Positions 63,942-64,000 of a stretch of DNA of 64,000 nt are shown here, one piece after another; the first letter of the stretch is position 1; each line of letters begins with the position of its first letter. The DNA is from Escherichia coli (GTDB taxonomy: Bacteria; Pseudomonadota; Gammaproteobacteria; Enterobacterales; Enterobacteriaceae). The stretch is taken from assembly GCF_003018115.1 (NCBI RefSeq), contig NZ_CP027457.1, one strand, 5' to 3'. The notes under the pieces are model-generated. The model was not told the DNA's origin, made no database searches, and worked only from the letters and a program-made list of their open reading frames with translations. Position numbers and translations under genes: made by a program.

Positions 63942-64000
63942 GTTTCTTTCATACCAGGCATTGTCCAGTAGCCAGTTTCCGTCTGCCAGTTCAAATTCCC

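Noticed and set aside
54981-64000. Duplicate of the tRNA-Ser 3' end (attR-like direct repeat) within the island
   Set aside because: Scanned by eye for TCGAATCCCCCCCTCACCGCCA-like segments and found none; the island boundary cannot be set from this window.

Overview
Enterobacterial (Escherichia coli-type) chromosomal segment, in reverse orientation relative to K-12 numbering. Gene identities come from reading the supplied ORF translations against remembered protein sequences; no database search was run. About 55 kb is conserved core: fabF(partial)-acpP-fabG-fabD-fabH-plsX-rpmF-yceD, yceF, rluC, rne, flagellar region I (flgLKJIHGFEDCB on minus, flgAMN on plus), murJ-yceM-yceH-rimJ, mdtH, grxB, yceB, pyrC, dinI, bssS, solA, yceO, yceJ, yceI, trhO, lpxL, mdtG, msyB, yceK, opgHG, opgC, clsC, ymdB, ymdA, the divergent curli operons csgBAC/csgDEFG, ycdZYX, ghrA and tRNA-Ser(GGA) (serX). 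From the tRNA 3' end (54981) to the window end lies an accessory island: a frameshifted hypothetical gene, an IS110/IS1111-family insertion sequence, a CbtA/CbeA type IV toxin-antitoxin pair with YeeT-, RadC- and antirestriction-like genes, a DUF932-like gene, a frameshifted DUF905-like gene, a small secreted protein and a large uncharacterized membrane protein whose ORF runs off the window. No CRISPR array and no rRNA were seen. The island's genes are individually of familiar CP4-prophage-remnant types; the most worthwhile targets are the IS non-coding arms (candidate guide RNA), the two frameshifts, and the large Cys-cluster/glycine-zipper protein.
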